Assembly: GCF_006345805.1 (NCBI RefSeq)
Contig: NC_043023.1
Span: forward strand, 12,772,001 to 12,836,000
DNA: 64,000 bases
Direction of reading: 5' to 3'
Source: Octopus sinensis
Taxonomy: Eukaryota
A program made the position numbers and the translations under genes. Positions 38,020 through 60,126 of the stretch are shown in pieces. Numbering within the stretch: position 1 is the first letter of the stretch; each line of letters starts with the position of its first letter. The notes beneath the pieces were generated by a model. The model saw nothing but the letters and a program-made list of their open reading frames with translations, made no database searches and had not been told where the DNA came from.

Positions 38020-40900
38020 TATATATATACACACATATATATATATGTATGTATGTATGTGTGTATATGTGTATGCATGTATGTGTGTGTGTGTGCGTGT
38101 CTGTGCTTGTGATTGTCCTCCACCACTGCTTGACAACGAATGTTGGTTTGTTTACATCCCTGTCACCTAGTGGTTTGACAAAGGAAACAGATAGAATAAG
38201 TACAATGCTTACAAAAATAAAACTGGAGTTGATTCATTAAACTACAATTCTTCAAGGCATTGCCCCAGCATGGCCACAGACCAATGGCTGGAAAAAGCAG
38301 AAGAATAAAAGAATACATTCTCTGCTTTGGTCTTATGTTCAAGGCATGAGAAAGCTTGAGTTTACATGAGAAGGCCTAACAGACCTGGTAGAAACAGCAG
38401 CCAAATCTCCCTCAAATCACACCTTACAAAATCACACCTTACTGTCTTATCTATGTATATATGTATGTATGAGCCTATGAGGGAGACCCCTACATGGCAG
38501 CTAGACATGGTAGAAATAGCAGCCAAATCTCCCTCAAATCACACCTTACTGTCTTATCTTTCTGCTACTTGGATATAGGTGTTATATTCGTCGTAAAAAA
38601 GTTTCCTGTCACACACTCACACACACACACACACACACACGCACCCTCACACACACACAGACGCACACACACACGCACGTTAGCTTACAATTTTATTTAT
38701 ATATTTGCGTGTGTATGTGTGGAAAGAGGAAGTGGGAGGCAGAGTGAAAGAATCACTCACTACAGTAAGTGAATTAGTTTCATTTTATTCGTTGCCGACT
38801 GTGTGTGTGCGTTTGCGTGTGGTGTAAACCAGACTAAGAAAAGCATTTGACACACACACCAGAATGTGAGTTTTCTGTAAATTTTGCTTAATTGGAGTTT
38901 AAATTTTAAAAACTGGACCTGGCATGACGCGATGCATTGTACTCTTAAAAATGCTAGGTAAATTGTAATTGAAGAAATCCTATATTGTAGATTTGTATAA
39001 CTCCCAAAGGGAGGCAGATAAAATCTGCCTTTTATAATAAGAGATGTTGATGTAATTCAGCCTGAGGAGACATCTACAGCTGGCTACACGACATGATCTG
39101 TTTATATTCGCGAGTGCCCGTTCTCCATATTTTATTTGTTAGTATAAAATACTTTTAAAAATGGAAGACTTAGCAAGACCAGTGAGAACAGTCAAAATCA
39201 AAATCAAACCAAATCAATTCATATATCAGAAAGCAGAACCAAATTGAGGTCGATCAACATCAGTGGGAATTGCAGCTGTGGTTAAGCGAACCATCCAATC
39301 CTGGTCGTTTCCGGCACCGCACCGTCTAGCCTCCGTGTCGGTGGCATGTAAAAGCACCACCCGTTCGTGTCCGTTGCCAGCCTCACCTGGCCCCCGTGTC
39401 GGTGGCACGTAAAAGCACCATCCGTCCGTGGCTGTTTGCCAGTTCTGTCTGGCACCTGTGCGGGTGGCGCGTAAAAAGCACCCACTACACTCACGGAGTG
39501 GTTGGCGTTAGGAAGGGCATCCAGCCGTAGGAACACTGCCAGATCTGACTGGGCTTGATGAAGTCTTCTAGCTTCACAGACCCCAGTTGAACCGTCCAAC
39601 CCATGCTAGCATGGAAAACGGACGCTAAATGATGATGATGATGATGATGATGAATCTTCCTAATTTTCTGCAGATTTAAGAATTAGCTTTTAGATCTGTA
39701 GGTCAAAAGGTAAAAATCACAGCGCTTCTCTATTTCCTTTCATAATTGGGCATTATGTTGGGAGTGGGTCCATCTTTTCCCTCCCCGTTGTCATTGGAAG
39801 AATTAATCAACCTTCGAATATCGAACGCACGACACTACATTCCATCCACTGACGGTTCTCTCAAAGTAGCAACTTAATTATACATGAGAGAAAATAGATC
39901 ACTGTGATCATCATCATCCTCATTGTTTAACGTCCGATTTCCATTCTAGCATGGGTTGCATGATTTGATTGAGGACTGGCGAACCAGGAGGCAGCACCAG
40001 GCTTCAATCTGATCCGGCAGAGTTTCTACAGCTGGATGCCCTTCCTAACACCAACCAGCTGTAGAAACTCTACCAGATCAGATTGGAGCCTGGTGCTGCC
40101 ATCTGGTTCGCCAACTCTTCTCTGGGAATAATGGGGATCTTTTCGGTTTGAACGGCAGGTTTTTAAATTTCTAGGTAACTAAAAAAGTTTTAAACTTCGT
40201 ATACAGATAGAATGTATTTATAAAGCATCTTTTTCGTTGGCTCTATTGAGAAAATTCTGTAGTTTGTAACATATTTGTTGTTTTTTTTTCTGCAATTTCA
40301 ACCAATCAATGACGTCTACTGAGGTAAAAAAAAACATTATGTGCCTTATGAATATGTCCCTCGTTTAAGAAACAGATTGGGTTTATTTACATTTTTGAAG
40401 AAAAAAAGATACCCTTCCTCCACCCCTAACCCTAACACAGATTGAAATACAATAGATCGATACAAGGGTCATAATTATGGGTGACAATTTCATATGACAC
40501 CGCTACAAAAAACTGCCGGTCAAACCGAAAAGATCCTTTTTTTTTACACAAAGTAAATAATAAGGCGATGCTTCCATATATAAGTACGCACGTGACTTTG
40601 TTTACATTTGTGAAGATAACAGAAAGCCTTTTCTCCCCACTTCTAACCCTAACACGTGGAAATTATTTTCAAAAACTGCCGTTCAAACCGAAAAGATCCC
40701 AAATATCTTACAAACTGTAGAATTTTCTCAATAAAGCCAAGAGAAAAAGATGTTTTATAAACACATTCTACTAGTATACGAAGTTTAAAAGTGTTTCGTT
40801 ACGTGGAAATTATTTTAAAAAACTGCCGGTCAAACGGAAAAGATCCCCAAAAGGTATCCAAGCATTGTTCTTTAGATGAGAGAGAAGTGTGAAGGAAGGA

Positions 40901-41058
40901 CAATGATTGGACAGGAGAGAAAATGACGTCAGAAACGGATCGGAAGTGCAACGGCCTGACGTCACATCAGGAAGATATAAGTCAAAGATGCCTTCTTTCT
41001 TTCGGTGTCTGCGACGGGGTCCAGTTCGTGCGCTGGAAACGGTCGTAGATTAGAATAT
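40901..41058 (+). promoter_or_regulatory. Putative promoter and exon 1 of ZNF F
   Basis: Same motif set as 17387-17544. Confidence 0.65.
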
Positions 41059-43679
41059 GTGAGTGTATATATTCTATATTACCTTGAAGGTAAAATCGTT
41101 GACAGAATGGGACAAAGAAGACACCGGAACGAAACGAACCAGTCATAGAAAATTGAAGAACTATAACCATATAAAGGGATATAACTTTCCTTAATTAATT
41201 AATTAAGGTGCTTAATTAACGATCACTGACTCGTTGTTTGTATCTGAATACGGTAAGTTGACAAAGATTTATTTTAAGGCTGTAATGATGATGATAATAC
41301 CAATAATAATAAGGTAGTACTAGCGAACAAAGCTTGCTATCGTAAGTAGTCGATCCTACAATTTTTAAAACGAAGTAAATAAATAATTTTTATAAACAAA
41401 CTAAAGTTAAGGTTAAAAAGTCGTAGGATCGACTACATACGACTAGCTAGCACGGATGCCCGAGTGCGCGCACCTGGACCACTGTTCGCTAGTAGTACCG
41501 TGCACCTCTCCAAGATAATGACGCTTACTTGTGAGAAAAAGTTAGGAAATGGGAAATATATCCAGAATACATAAAGTATGGAGGAAATTAGAAAGATTAA
41601 TCTATTTTTTAAATATTTTATACTAAAAAATAAAATACGGAGAACGGGCACTCGCGAATATAAACAAACATATAAGGGTACTATTTAAGAAGAGAGGTCG
41701 CGGTGGGCGCGCTAGCTAGTCGTGACTAGTCGATCCTTACTTTGTATTTTTGTTTTAAAAAAATTATTTTCTTTGTTTGAAAAAATGAGCGTAACTTCGG
41801 TATAGGTACCGGAAGTACCAGATACATTTCAAGAAAGTGTCTTTTTTTTATATATATTGGGGGGGGGTATGGTTAAGGGTTGTGTTAGGGGTGGGAGAAA
41901 AGGGTTTCTGTTATCTTCAGAAATGTAAACAAAGCCACTCACGGTACCTATACCGAAGGATCGCCAAAAAATTATTTATTTTGTGTTTATTTACTTTGCT
42001 AGGCAGTCGTTGTAGGATCGACTAGTCACGACTAACTAGCGCGAGTGCGCGCACCGGGACCACTCTTTTTAAATAGTACCGGAGGAAATTAGAACGATTA
42101 ATGTATTTTTTTAAACTATTTTATACTAAAAAATAAAATACGCAGAACGGGCACTCGCGAATATAAACAAACATGTATGTACGTATACGTATGTATTTAT
42201 GCATATATATGTATTATTATGTATACATATATGTGTGTGTGTAAAGGTGAAAGAAATTGAATATTAATTAATAACATCAAATTCGTATGGATTTTGGCGT
42301 TTGGTTCAGCAAATTATGTTTTTGATATACTCTACCGATGATTCGAAAATGATTTGTAAGTAAAATTACACAATCTATTAACGATGAAACAATTGTATAG
42401 AGTTAATCCATTTTTTCGTTATTTTTCATTTGTCCTGCCCGCTTACATTCTTGGCGTGTTGAATTAATGCTTGAGAACATTTCTTTAGTGGTGGATTCCC
42501 TTTGCGGATCTATTTCTAGCGTTAGAGTGACCACATGTGGTCCCTCTCTTAATACTTGTATGTATATATATATATATATGTGTGTGTGTGTGAATACAAA
42601 TATATTTGTAGTGAATCTTGCACGCAAGAAGTAGATTGGATCCACCAGAGCCAAAATTTTAATTAACCTTTCACCAAAATTTTTCCCATGGCAGAACAAT
42701 AGAGAAATCTGTATACAGAATGTTGTAAAAGTTTCAATGCCTCAATGGATTCTGACCCCTGCAAACATAGACATTAAATGGATGACAGTGTTGATGTTGT
42801 AAGATTTGCAATGTTGAATTACTATGTCGTTTAATGATTCTCTTTATCTCACTTGCTTTTTTTTCTATTTCAGAATATAACATCCTGTTGATATGAAAGA
42901 AATTACTTCATTCAGATGTGCCTCTGATATTTTATCAGCTCCCATCAACCAAAGGAAGATGATATATTTATAAGGAGCATTCATCAATACATCAAACTCA
43001 TCTTATAAAGGAAATCTGTGAAAAACAACAGCAAAATATTTCTTCTGGACGATGGAATTAACAGCAACAATTTGAAGTCTTTGCTGTCTGGAATATAGAG
43101 ATGATTGTTTTACAGGTTAATTAAGCTTGGATAACTTTACAAAGGGGTAGACGATTGTCACCTCTTGATTTAGATATTAAGGAAGATCACAGATGAAAGA
43201 AGCATAGCATTAAATTATTCTCTGAAAATAGCAACACAAATATATTCATAGAAATGAATTTTTTTCCTATTTCAGAATATCATACCATGTTGATTTAAAA
43301 GAAATTTCTTCATTCGGGATGTGTGTCTGATATTTTTATTGACTTTCATCAATTAAAGGAAGACCATATATTCATAAGGCACATTCATCAAAACATCAGC
43401 TTCTTTATATAAATAAAATCTTCGACGAACGATGGGGAAATATTTCTTCTGGATGATGGAATTAAGAGCAACATTTTTTTTGCCATCTGGAATGTAGAGA
43501 TGATGATGAACCTACGGGTTAAGTTTGAGTAACTTTACGAAAGAGTTAACCAATTTATATCTTCTGTTTTAGATATTAAGCAAGATCACCAATGAAAGTA
43601 ACATTTAATTATTCTCTGATGCATTTGAACACAAACATTCATAGAAATGAAACAGATACTATCATTGTGATATGTATAA

Positions 43680-45166
<1,487 letters not shown>

Positions 45167-45192
45167 TCGTATCAATATCAAAATTTATTACA

Positions 45193-45678
45193 ACCCGGCA
45201 GGACAAGTGAGACCATAACCCATGGTCTCTACCTGGGATGTAGCCAGTCCACTTATGCATACTTTCCTTCTTGGGACAGAAAACTCTACTACTGAAGACC
45301 TGTTGATGCAAGTGAGAATCAAAATCGAAATCAATCAACATCAATGGAAATTGTAGCTGTGATACCAGTACTGGTTGCACGTAAAAAGCACCATCCGATC
45401 GTGGCCATTGCCAGCCACGCCTGGCCTCTGTGCCGGTGGCACATAAAAAGCAACGGCCGATCTTGGCCGAAGCCAGCCTCCCCTGGCACCTGTGCCGAAG
45501 GCACATGAAAAGCATCCACTACACTGACAGAGTAGTTGGCGTTTAGGAAGGGCATCAAGCTGTAGAGACACTGCCAGATCAGACTGCAACCTGGTGCAGC
45601 CTCCTGGTTTCCCAGACCCAGTGAACTGTCCAACCCATGCTAGCAGGGAAAACAGATGTTAAACAATGATGATGATGA
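45193..45678 (+). mobile_element. RTE 3' tail downstream of ZNF F
   Basis: Same junction as 7120. Confidence 0.85.
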
Positions 45679-48437
45679 GGATTCTCTACAGTTTCCTGTG
45701 ACAGACAGCTGTTCTTTTGTGTACTGGACATTTTCAATGTGGGCGCACTCGCGCAAGCTAGTCGTAAGTAGTCGATCCTACAATTTTTTTTATTAAACTA
45801 AGTAAATAAATTATTTTATTTATAGATCCGCGCCCAGGTGGCAAAAATGGAAAAAAATATGTGTAACAGGTGTAAGGCATCGTATATTGAAGGAATATGA
45901 CGAAAAAAAAAAAGCGCGCTGACAAAGGAGGGGGTGGGGAGGAGGCTTGGAAAATTCACACGATCAACCGTACTAGATTGGCGCCCGGGTGGCAAAAATG
46001 GTAAAAAATGTGTAAAAGGTGTATATATATACATGTATATATATATCACAGACACACACACACACACTTACGTGCGCAAACACACATGCACACACACAGA
46101 CAAACACGCACACACACATATTTCCATATCTGTGACTTGTGTTTGTCCCAAGTCAACGCTTCATTTTCGGTTTCGGCTGTTTACGTCATCGTAACTTAGC
46201 AATTCGACAAAAGGAGAAGGAAGGAATGAGTAGCAGTCTGAAGAGAGATAAGCCCAGCCGTCGATGAGTGTGAGTAAACACGCTGATGTGGTGCTCCAGC
46301 ATGGCGGTCGTCCAAGAATCGAAACTAGCAAACTTCGGACGATAAAATCTATTTTGTAGGTAAATGGTCTCAAGGGAGAGAACTCTTATATACATATAAA
46401 CCACATATATCTAAGAGTAGACTCCCTTAAGACGTTGAAAACAGAAAACAGAAGTGAATCGGTTTCGCAACATTGTTCAAGGGAGCAAACTCTAGTACCA
46501 TATATTTGTGAGTATTCTCCCTTGAAACCAATCGTTATGCCAGCAAATTCGTACAGGGGTTGAGAGACGGAGATGGAGAGAGACAGACCGACAAGCAGTC
46601 GGACGGTCAAGTAAGTCGGTGAATGAAGGATAGAAACGTATTCTGTGTCATTCCATAAATAATTGTTTTTTAAAAAATTTATTTTTCAAAATTAAGATAG
46701 GCAGTGTTTTTTTTTAATCTAAAATTTCTACATATATATATGTGTGTGTGTATATATATGTATATATATAGTGTGTGTGTGTATATATTATATTAGTGTG
46801 TGTGTATATATAGATATGTGTGTGTGTGTGTATATATTTATATATATATGTATATATATATATATCTGCACTCACACATACACACGCATATATATATATA
46901 TATATATTTCATTTCATTTCATCTGATTTCAGCTGATGAGCTGTGGCCATGCTGGGGCACCACCATTTAAAACTTTGTCAACAACCAGCCATGGGACTTG
47001 AACCCAGATCCCTTGGAGATGTATATATATATGTATGTATATATATTTATGCATACATTCATATATACATACATATATATATATAGGAGTTCAGGGAACC
47101 TGTGGAAGAGGTAGACCCAGGAAAACCTGGGACGAGGTGGTGAAGCACAACCTTCGAACTTTAGGTCTCACCAAGGAAATGACTAGAGACCGAGACCTAT
47201 GGAAGTATGCTGTGCGTGAGAAGACCCGGCAAGACCCCTCAGAACAGTCAAAATCAAACCAAATCAACATCAGTGGAAATTGCAGCTGTGGTTAAGCAAA
47301 CCATCCGATCGTTTGTCCGTTGCCAGCGTCGCCTGGCCCCGTGCCTTTGGCATGTAAAAGCACCATCCGCTCGTGTCCGTTGGCAGCCTCGCCAGGTCCC
47401 CGTGCCGGTAGCACGTAAAAGCACCATCCTTCTTGTCCGTTGCCAACCTCAACTGGCCCCTGTGCCGGTGGCACATAAAAACACCATCCGTTCGTGGCTG
47501 TTTGCCAGCGCTGTCTGGCACCTGTGCAGGTCGCACGTAAAATGCACCCACTACACTCACGGAGTGGTTGGCGTTAGGAAGGGCATCCAGCCGTAGAAAC
47601 ACTGCCAAATCTGACTGGGCCTGATAAAGCCTTCCGGCTTCACAGACCCCAGTTAAACCGTCCAACCCATGCTAGCATGGAAAACGGACGCTAAATGATG
47701 ATGATGATGATGATGATGATTCATCAATACATCAAACTTATCTTATAAAGGAAATCTGTGAAAAACAACAGCAAAATATTTCTTCTGGACGATGGAATTA
47801 ACAGCAACAATTTGAAGTCTTTGCTGTCTGGAATATAGAGGAGATGATTGTTTTACAGGTTAATTAAGCTTGGATAACTTTACAAAGGGTTAGACAATTG
47901 TCACCTTTTATTTAGATATTGAGCAAAATCTCAGATGAAAGAAGCATAGCATTAAATTAATCTCTGCAAATAGCAACACAAATATATTCATAGAAATGAA
48001 TTTTTTTCCTATTTCAGAATATCATACCATGTTGATTTAAAAGAAATTTCTTCATTCAGAGGTGTGTCTGATATTTTGATTGACTTTCATCAATTAAAGG
48101 AAGACCATATATTCATAAGGCACATTCATCAAAACATCAGCTTCTTTATATAAATAAAATCTTCGCCGAACGATGGGGAAATATTTCTTCTGGATGATGG
48201 AATTAAGAGCAACATTTTTTTTGTCATCTGGAATGTAGAGATGATGATGAACCTACGGGTTAAGTTTGAGTAACTTTACAAAAGAATTAACCAATTTATA
48301 TCTTCTGTTTTAGATATTAAGCAAGATCACCAATGAAAGTAACATAACATTTAATTATTCTCTGATGCATTTGAACACAAACATTCATAGAAATGAAACT
48401 ATCACTGTGATATGTATAACGAAATTAATCTCTCATA

Positions 48438-52012
<3,575 letters not shown>

Positions 52013-52038
52013 TCGTATCAATATCAAAATTTGTTACA

Positions 52039-52530
52039 ACCCGGCAGGACAAGTGAGACCACAACCCATGGCCTCTACCTGGAATGTAGCCAGTCCACTT
52101 ATGCATACCTTTCCTTCTTGGGACACAAAACTCTACTTGTGAAGACTTGTTGAGGCAAGTGAGAATCAGAATCAAAATCAAAATCAACCAACATCAATGG
52201 AAATTGCAGCTGTGATACCAATGCTGGTGGCATGTAAAAAGCACCATCCGATCGTGGCCATTGCCAGTCTCGCCTGGCCCCCGTGCTGGTGGCACATAAA
52301 AAGCACCATCCGACCGTAGCTGTTTGCCAGCCCCGTGTGGCACCTGTGTCCGGTGGCACGTACAAAGCACCCACTACACTCACGGAGTGGTTGGCGTTAG
52401 GAAGGGCATCCAGCTGTAGAAACATTGCCAGATCAGACTCTGCCAGGTGCAGCCTTCTGGCTTCCCAGACCCCAGTTGAACCGTCCAACCCATGCTAGCA
52501 TGGAAAGCGGACGCTAAATGATGATGATGA
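52039..52530 (+). mobile_element. RTE 3' tail downstream of ZNF G
   Basis: Same junction as 7120. Confidence 0.85.
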
Positions 52531-54835
52531 CAAGAATTATGAATATTTTGTCTGCTAAAAGACAGGGTTCATTCCTCTTCAAGCTTGACATTATCAACTT
52601 CAGTTTCTTGGATGTCAACATGAAATTCATGAATCACAACTTCAATATCATTTATATATCTAAATATATCAACACAGAGATGACTTTGGTTTCTGAAGAG
52701 GATTGTGCTGGATTTTTGAGGAATTTGTTATGAGAGAATAAAGGAATGGGAATAAGGAATAAAAGTTTTAAGTGACATTGATTTTGTCTTTGTTGTGTTT
52801 TCATCATCATCATCCTTCTTCTTCTCCTCCTCATCCTCCTTCTTCTTCTTCTCCTCCTAATCCTCCTTCTTTTTCTTTTTCTTCTTCTTCTTCTCCTTCT
52901 TTTTGTTTTTCTCTTCTTCTTCTCCTCCTCCTCCTTCTTCTTCTCCTCCTCCTTCTTCTTCTTCTTCTTCTTCTTCTTCTTCTTCTTCTTCTTCTTCTTC
53001 TTTTCTTCTTCTTCAGTGTCCATTTCCTTTGCATGCCTGGGTGGGAAATTGTGACCTGAGCTGGCAAGCCAGAGTGCTGCTCTAGGTTCCACTCAGATTT
53101 TGCTTGCTTTCTTTGGCTGTATGCCCTTAGGACGTCCATTGCGGTGAAAAACATTCTGTGCCTTATGAATATGTCCCTCGTTTAAGAAACAGATTGGGTT
53201 TATTTACATTTGTGAAGAAAAAAAGATAGCCTTCCCCCCCACCCTTAAACCTAAAACAGATTGAAATGTAATAGATCGATACTAGGGTAATAATTATGGG
53301 TGAAAATTTCAACAAATCAATGACGTCTATTGAGGTGAAAACATTCTGTGCATAATGAATATGTCCCTCGTTTAAGAAACATATTGGGTTTATTTACATT
53401 TGTGAAGGAAAAAGATACCCTCCTCCCCACCCCTAACCCTAAAACAGATTGAAATGCAATAGATCGATACTAGGGTCATAATTATGGGTGACAATTTCAT
53501 ATGACACTGCAAGAAAAAACTGCCGTTCAAACCGAAAAGATCCGAATGTGTGAGTACACTTTATTGAAAGAATCTTGTAAAAATTTGAAAACCCTTGAAA
53601 GTGAAGTTCTTGACAGAAAGGGACAAAGAGGAAACTACAACGAATCCCACCAGTCAGTAGAGCCACCTATAGGTGAACTGAAAGAAGACAACCATGTAAA
53701 GGGAAATAACTTCTGCTACATTTCAACCCTGGTTCAACAATTAAATTCTTAATTAAGGTGCTTAATTACTGATTCACTGACTCGTTGCTTATTTGTGAAT
53801 ACGGTATTTTGATAAAGATTTACTTTAAGGCTGTAATAGTGATAATACAACTACTACTACTAATAATAATAATGTGAATAATAGAATTCTGTGAACCTCT
53901 TTATGTTACAGTAATTATTTTTCGAAGCGGGAACCTGACAACGATTAAGAAAATGTGCTGATAGCACGTTAAAAGCACCAACTGATCGTGGCCGATGCCG
54001 GACTCCCCTGGCACCTGTGCAGGTGGAACATAAAAAGCACCCACTACACTTCTGGAGTGGTTGGCGTTAGGAAGGGCATCCAGCTGTAGAAACACTGCCA
54101 GATCAAACAGAGACAACTTACAAATTACAATTTTCTCAAGAAAGCCAAGAGAAAAAAATGTTTTATTTTGACACATTCTCCCAGTAAACGAAATTTTAAA
54201 GTGTTTAGTTAACTAGAAATTGTGTTGAAAACTGCCGTTCAAAAGGAAAAGATCCCTCAACAAAGCTATTGACGAACGAAATATTGTGAAGCATTTTGTC
54301 TGGCGTGCTAGTGACCCTGCCAGTAAATAATGGGATTATGTGAACCCTTCAATGTTAAAGTAATCATATAGAAGTGAAAACGGATCTTTTCGGTTTGAAC
54401 GGCAGTTTTTTCTAGTGGTGCCATATGAAATTGTCACCCATAATTACGACCCTGGTATCAATCTATTGCATTTCAATCTGTTTTAGGGGAAGGGTATATA
54501 TTTTTTTTCACAAATATAAATAAACCAAATCTGTTTCTTAAACGAGGGACATATTCATACGGCACAGAATGTTTTTTTTTTACCCTCAATAAACGTCAGT
54601 GATTGGTTGAATTGCAGAAATTGAAGAAAAAAACAACAACAAATATCTTACAAACCGTTGAATTTTCTCAATAAGCAAGAGAAAAAATGTTTTATAAACA
54701 CATTCTACCAGTATACGAAGTTTAAAAGTGTTTAGTTACGTGGAAATTATTTTAAAAACTGCCGGTCAAACCGAAAAGATTCCCGAAAGGTATCCAAGCA
54801 TTGTTCTTTAGATGAGAGAGAAGTTGAAGGAAGGA

Positions 54836-54994
54836 CAATGATTGGACAGGAGAGAAAATGACGTCAGAAAACGGATCGGAAGTGCAACGGCCTGACGTCA
54901 CATCAGGAAGATATAAGTCAAAGATGCCTTCTTTCTTTCGGTGTCTGCGACGGGGTCCAGTTCGTGCGCTGGAAACGGTCGTAGATTAGAATAT
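54836..54994 (+). promoter_or_regulatory. Putative promoter and exon 1 of ZNF H
   Basis: Same motif set as 17387-17544. Confidence 0.62.
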
Positions 54995-55638
54995 GTGAGT
55001 GTATATATTCTATATTACCTTCAAGGTAAAATCGTTGACAGAATGGGACAAAGAAGACACCAGAACGAAACGAACCAGTCATAGAAATTTGAAGAACTGT
55101 AACCATATAAAGGGATATAACTTTCCTTAATTAATTAATTAAGGTGCTTAATTAACGATCACTGACTCGTTGTTTGTATCTGAATACGGTAAGTTGACAA
55201 AGATTTATTTTAAGGCTGTAATGATGATGATAATACCAATAATAATAAGGTACTACTAGCGAACAGTGATCCCGGTGCGAGCACTCGCGTATCCGCGCTT
55301 GCTAGTCGTAAGTAGTCGATCCTACAATTTTTAAAACTAAGTAAATACATTATTTTTGTAAACGAACTAAGGTTAGGGTTAAAAAGTCGTAGGATCGACT
55401 ACTTACGACTAGCTAGCACGGATGCGTGAGTGCGCGCACCGGGCCACTGTTCGCTAGTAGTACCGCGCACCTCTCCAAGATAATGACGCTTACTTGTGAG
55501 AAAAAGTTAGGAATGGAAATATATCCAGATACATAAAGTATGGAGAAATTATAAAGATTGATCTATTTTTTAAATATTTTATACTAAAAAATAAAATACG
55601 GGGAACGGGCACTCGCGAATATAAACAACATACAAGGG

Positions 55639-55913
55639 TGTAAGAGTTAGCAGTTCCTTTCTAAGCTTGGATTCGGAATCGAATCCAAGAATCATCGGTC
55701 GTCAAATACCAATGCATGTATAGGCGCGAAATTAAGAATCCCTTTGTTCTGACAGAAACTGATTGATCATCTCCCTTTGACCTCCGACCCGAGCAATGTC
55801 AGGACAAAGGGATTCTTAATTTCGCGCCTATACATGCATTGGTATTTGACGACCGATGATTCTTGGACTCGATTTCGAATCCAAGCTTAGAGAAGGAAGT
55901 GCTAACTCTTACA
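55639..55913. mobile_element. Ginger-like fold-back element, copy 3
   Basis: TGTAAGAG...CTCTTACA with AGGG TSD. Confidence 0.8.
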
Positions 55914-56841
55914 AGGGTACTATTTAAGAAGAGAGGTCCCGGTGCGTGCATCTGCAGTAGCTAGTCGTGACTAGTCGATCCTTACTTTGTATTTTTGTTT
56001 TATTTACTTTGTTTTAGAAAAATTATTTTCTTTGTTTGAAAAAATGAGCGTAACTTCGGTATAGGTACCGGAAGTACCAGATACGTTTCAAGAAAGTGTC
56101 TTTTTTTTCTATATATATGGGGGGTTGTGGTTAAGGTTTGTGTTAGGGGTGGGAGAAAAGGGTTTCTGTTATCTTCAGAAATGTAAACAAAGCCACTCAC
56201 GGTACCTATACCGAAGGATCGCCAAAAAATTATTTATTTTGTGTGAAAACAATTATTTATTTTGTGTTTTATTTACTTTGCTAGGTAGTCGTTGTAGGAT
56301 CGACTAGTCACGACTAACTAGCGCAAGTGCGCTCACCGGGACCACTCTTTTTAAATAGTACCAGAGAAAATTAGAACGATTAATCTATTTTTTAACTATT
56401 TTATACTAAAAAATAAAATACGCAGAACGGGCACTCGCGAATATAAACAAACATGTATGTACGTATACGTATGTATTTATGCATATATATGTATTATTAT
56501 GTATACATATATGTGTGTGTGTAAGGGTGAAAGAAATTGAATATTAATTAATAACATCAATTTCGTATGGATTTTGGCGTTTGGTTCAGCAAATTATGTT
56601 TTTGATATACTCTACCACCGATGATTCGAAAATGATTTGTAAGTAAAATTACACAATCTATTAACGATGAAACAATTGTATAGAGTTAATCCATTTTTTC
56701 GTTATTTTTCATTTGTCCTGCCCGCTTACATTCTTGGCGTGTTGAATTAATGCTTGAGAACAATTCTTTAGTGGTGGATTCCCTTTGCCGATCTATTTCT
56801 AGCGTTAGAGTGACCATATGTGGTCCCTCTCTTAATACTTG

Positions 56842-56890
<49 letters not shown>

Positions 56891-58001
56891 ATACAAATAT
56901 ATTTGCAGTGAATCTTGCACGCATGAAGTAGATTGGATCCATCCTTGCCAAAATTTTAATTAACCCTTCACCAAAATTTTTCCAATGGCAGAGCAATAGA
57001 GAAATCTCTATACAGAATGTTGTAAAAGTTTCAATGCCTCAATGGATTCTGACCCCTGCAACATAGACATTAAATGGACGACAGTGTTGATGTTGTAAGA
57101 TTTGCAATCTTGAATTACTATGTCGTTTAAATGATTCTCTTTATCTCACTGCTGCTTCTTTTTTTTTCTATTTCAGAATATAACATCCTGTTGATATGAA
57201 AGAAATTACTCATTCAGATGTGCCTCTGATATTTTATCAGCTCCCATCAACCAAAGGAAGATGATATATTTATAAGGAGCATTCATCAATACATCAAACT
57301 CATCTTATAAAGGAAATCTGTGAAAAACAACCAAAATATTTCTTCTGGACGATGGAATTAACAGCAACAATTTGAAGTCTTTGCTGTCTGGAATATAGAG
57401 GAGATGATTGATTTACAGGTTAATTAAGCTTGGATAACTTTACAAAGGGGTTGACAATTGTCACCTCTTGATTTAGATATTAAGCAAAATCTCAGATGAA
57501 AGAAGCATAGCATTAATTATTCTCTGAAAATAGCAACACAAATATATTCATAGAAATGAATTTTTTTCCTATTTCATAATATCATACCATGTTGATTTAA
57601 AAGAAATTTCTTCATTAAGATGTGTGTCTGATGTTTTGATTGACTTTCATCATTAAAGGAAGACCATATATTCATAAGGCACATTCATCAAAAGATCAGC
57701 TTCTTTATATAAATAAAATCTTGCGCCGAACGATGGGGAAATATTTCTTCTGGATGATGGAATTAAGAGCAACATTTTTTTTGCCATCTGGCATGTAGAG
57801 ATGATGATGACCCTACAGGTTAAGTTTGAGTAACTTTACAAAAGATTAACCAACTTATATCTTCTGTTTTAGATATTAAGCAAGATCACCAATGAAAGTA
57901 ACATAACATTTAATCATTCTCTGATGCATTTGAACACAAACATTCATAGAAATGAAACAGATCTAGCATTGTGATATGTATAACGAAATTATTCTCTCAT
58001 A

Positions 58002-59662
<1,661 letters not shown>

Positions 59663-59693
59663 TCGTATCAATATCAAAATTTATTACAACCCA

Positions 59694-60126
59694 CCCGCAG
59701 GACAAGTGAGACCACAACCCATGGCCTCTACCTGGGATGTAGCCAGTCCACTTATGCATACCTTATCTTCTTGTGACACAAAACTCTACTTGTGAAGACC
59801 TTTTGAGGCAAGTGAGAATCAAAATCGAAATCAAAATCAAAATCAACCAACATCAATGGAAATTGCAGCTGTGATACCAGTGCTGGTGGCATGTAAAATG
59901 CACCATCCAATCGTGGCCGTTGCCATTCCCGCCTGGCACCTGTGTCCGGTGGCACGTAAAAAGCACCCACTACACTCACGGAGTGGTTGGCATTAGGAAG
60001 GGCATCCAGCCGTAGAAACATTGCCAGATCAGACTGGGCCAGGTGCAGCCTTCTGGCTTCCCAGACCCCAGTTGAACCGTCCAACCCATGCTAGCATGGA
60101 AAGTTGACTCTAAATGAGGATGATGA
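59694..60126 (+). mobile_element. RTE 3' tail downstream of ZNF H
   Basis: Closely matches 27887-28309. Confidence 0.85.

Larger units (their letters stand above)
37213..39044 (-). mobile_element. Composite non-autonomous Helitron insertion
   Basis: Absent at the paralogous site 15493/15494 (gagaga|tgttgat). Inserted between A and T with no TSD. Minus strand runs 5'-TCTCTTATTATAAAAGG ... CCCGAGCAACGCCGGG hairpin ... CTAG-3'. A second TC end lies at 37596. Confidence 0.8.
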
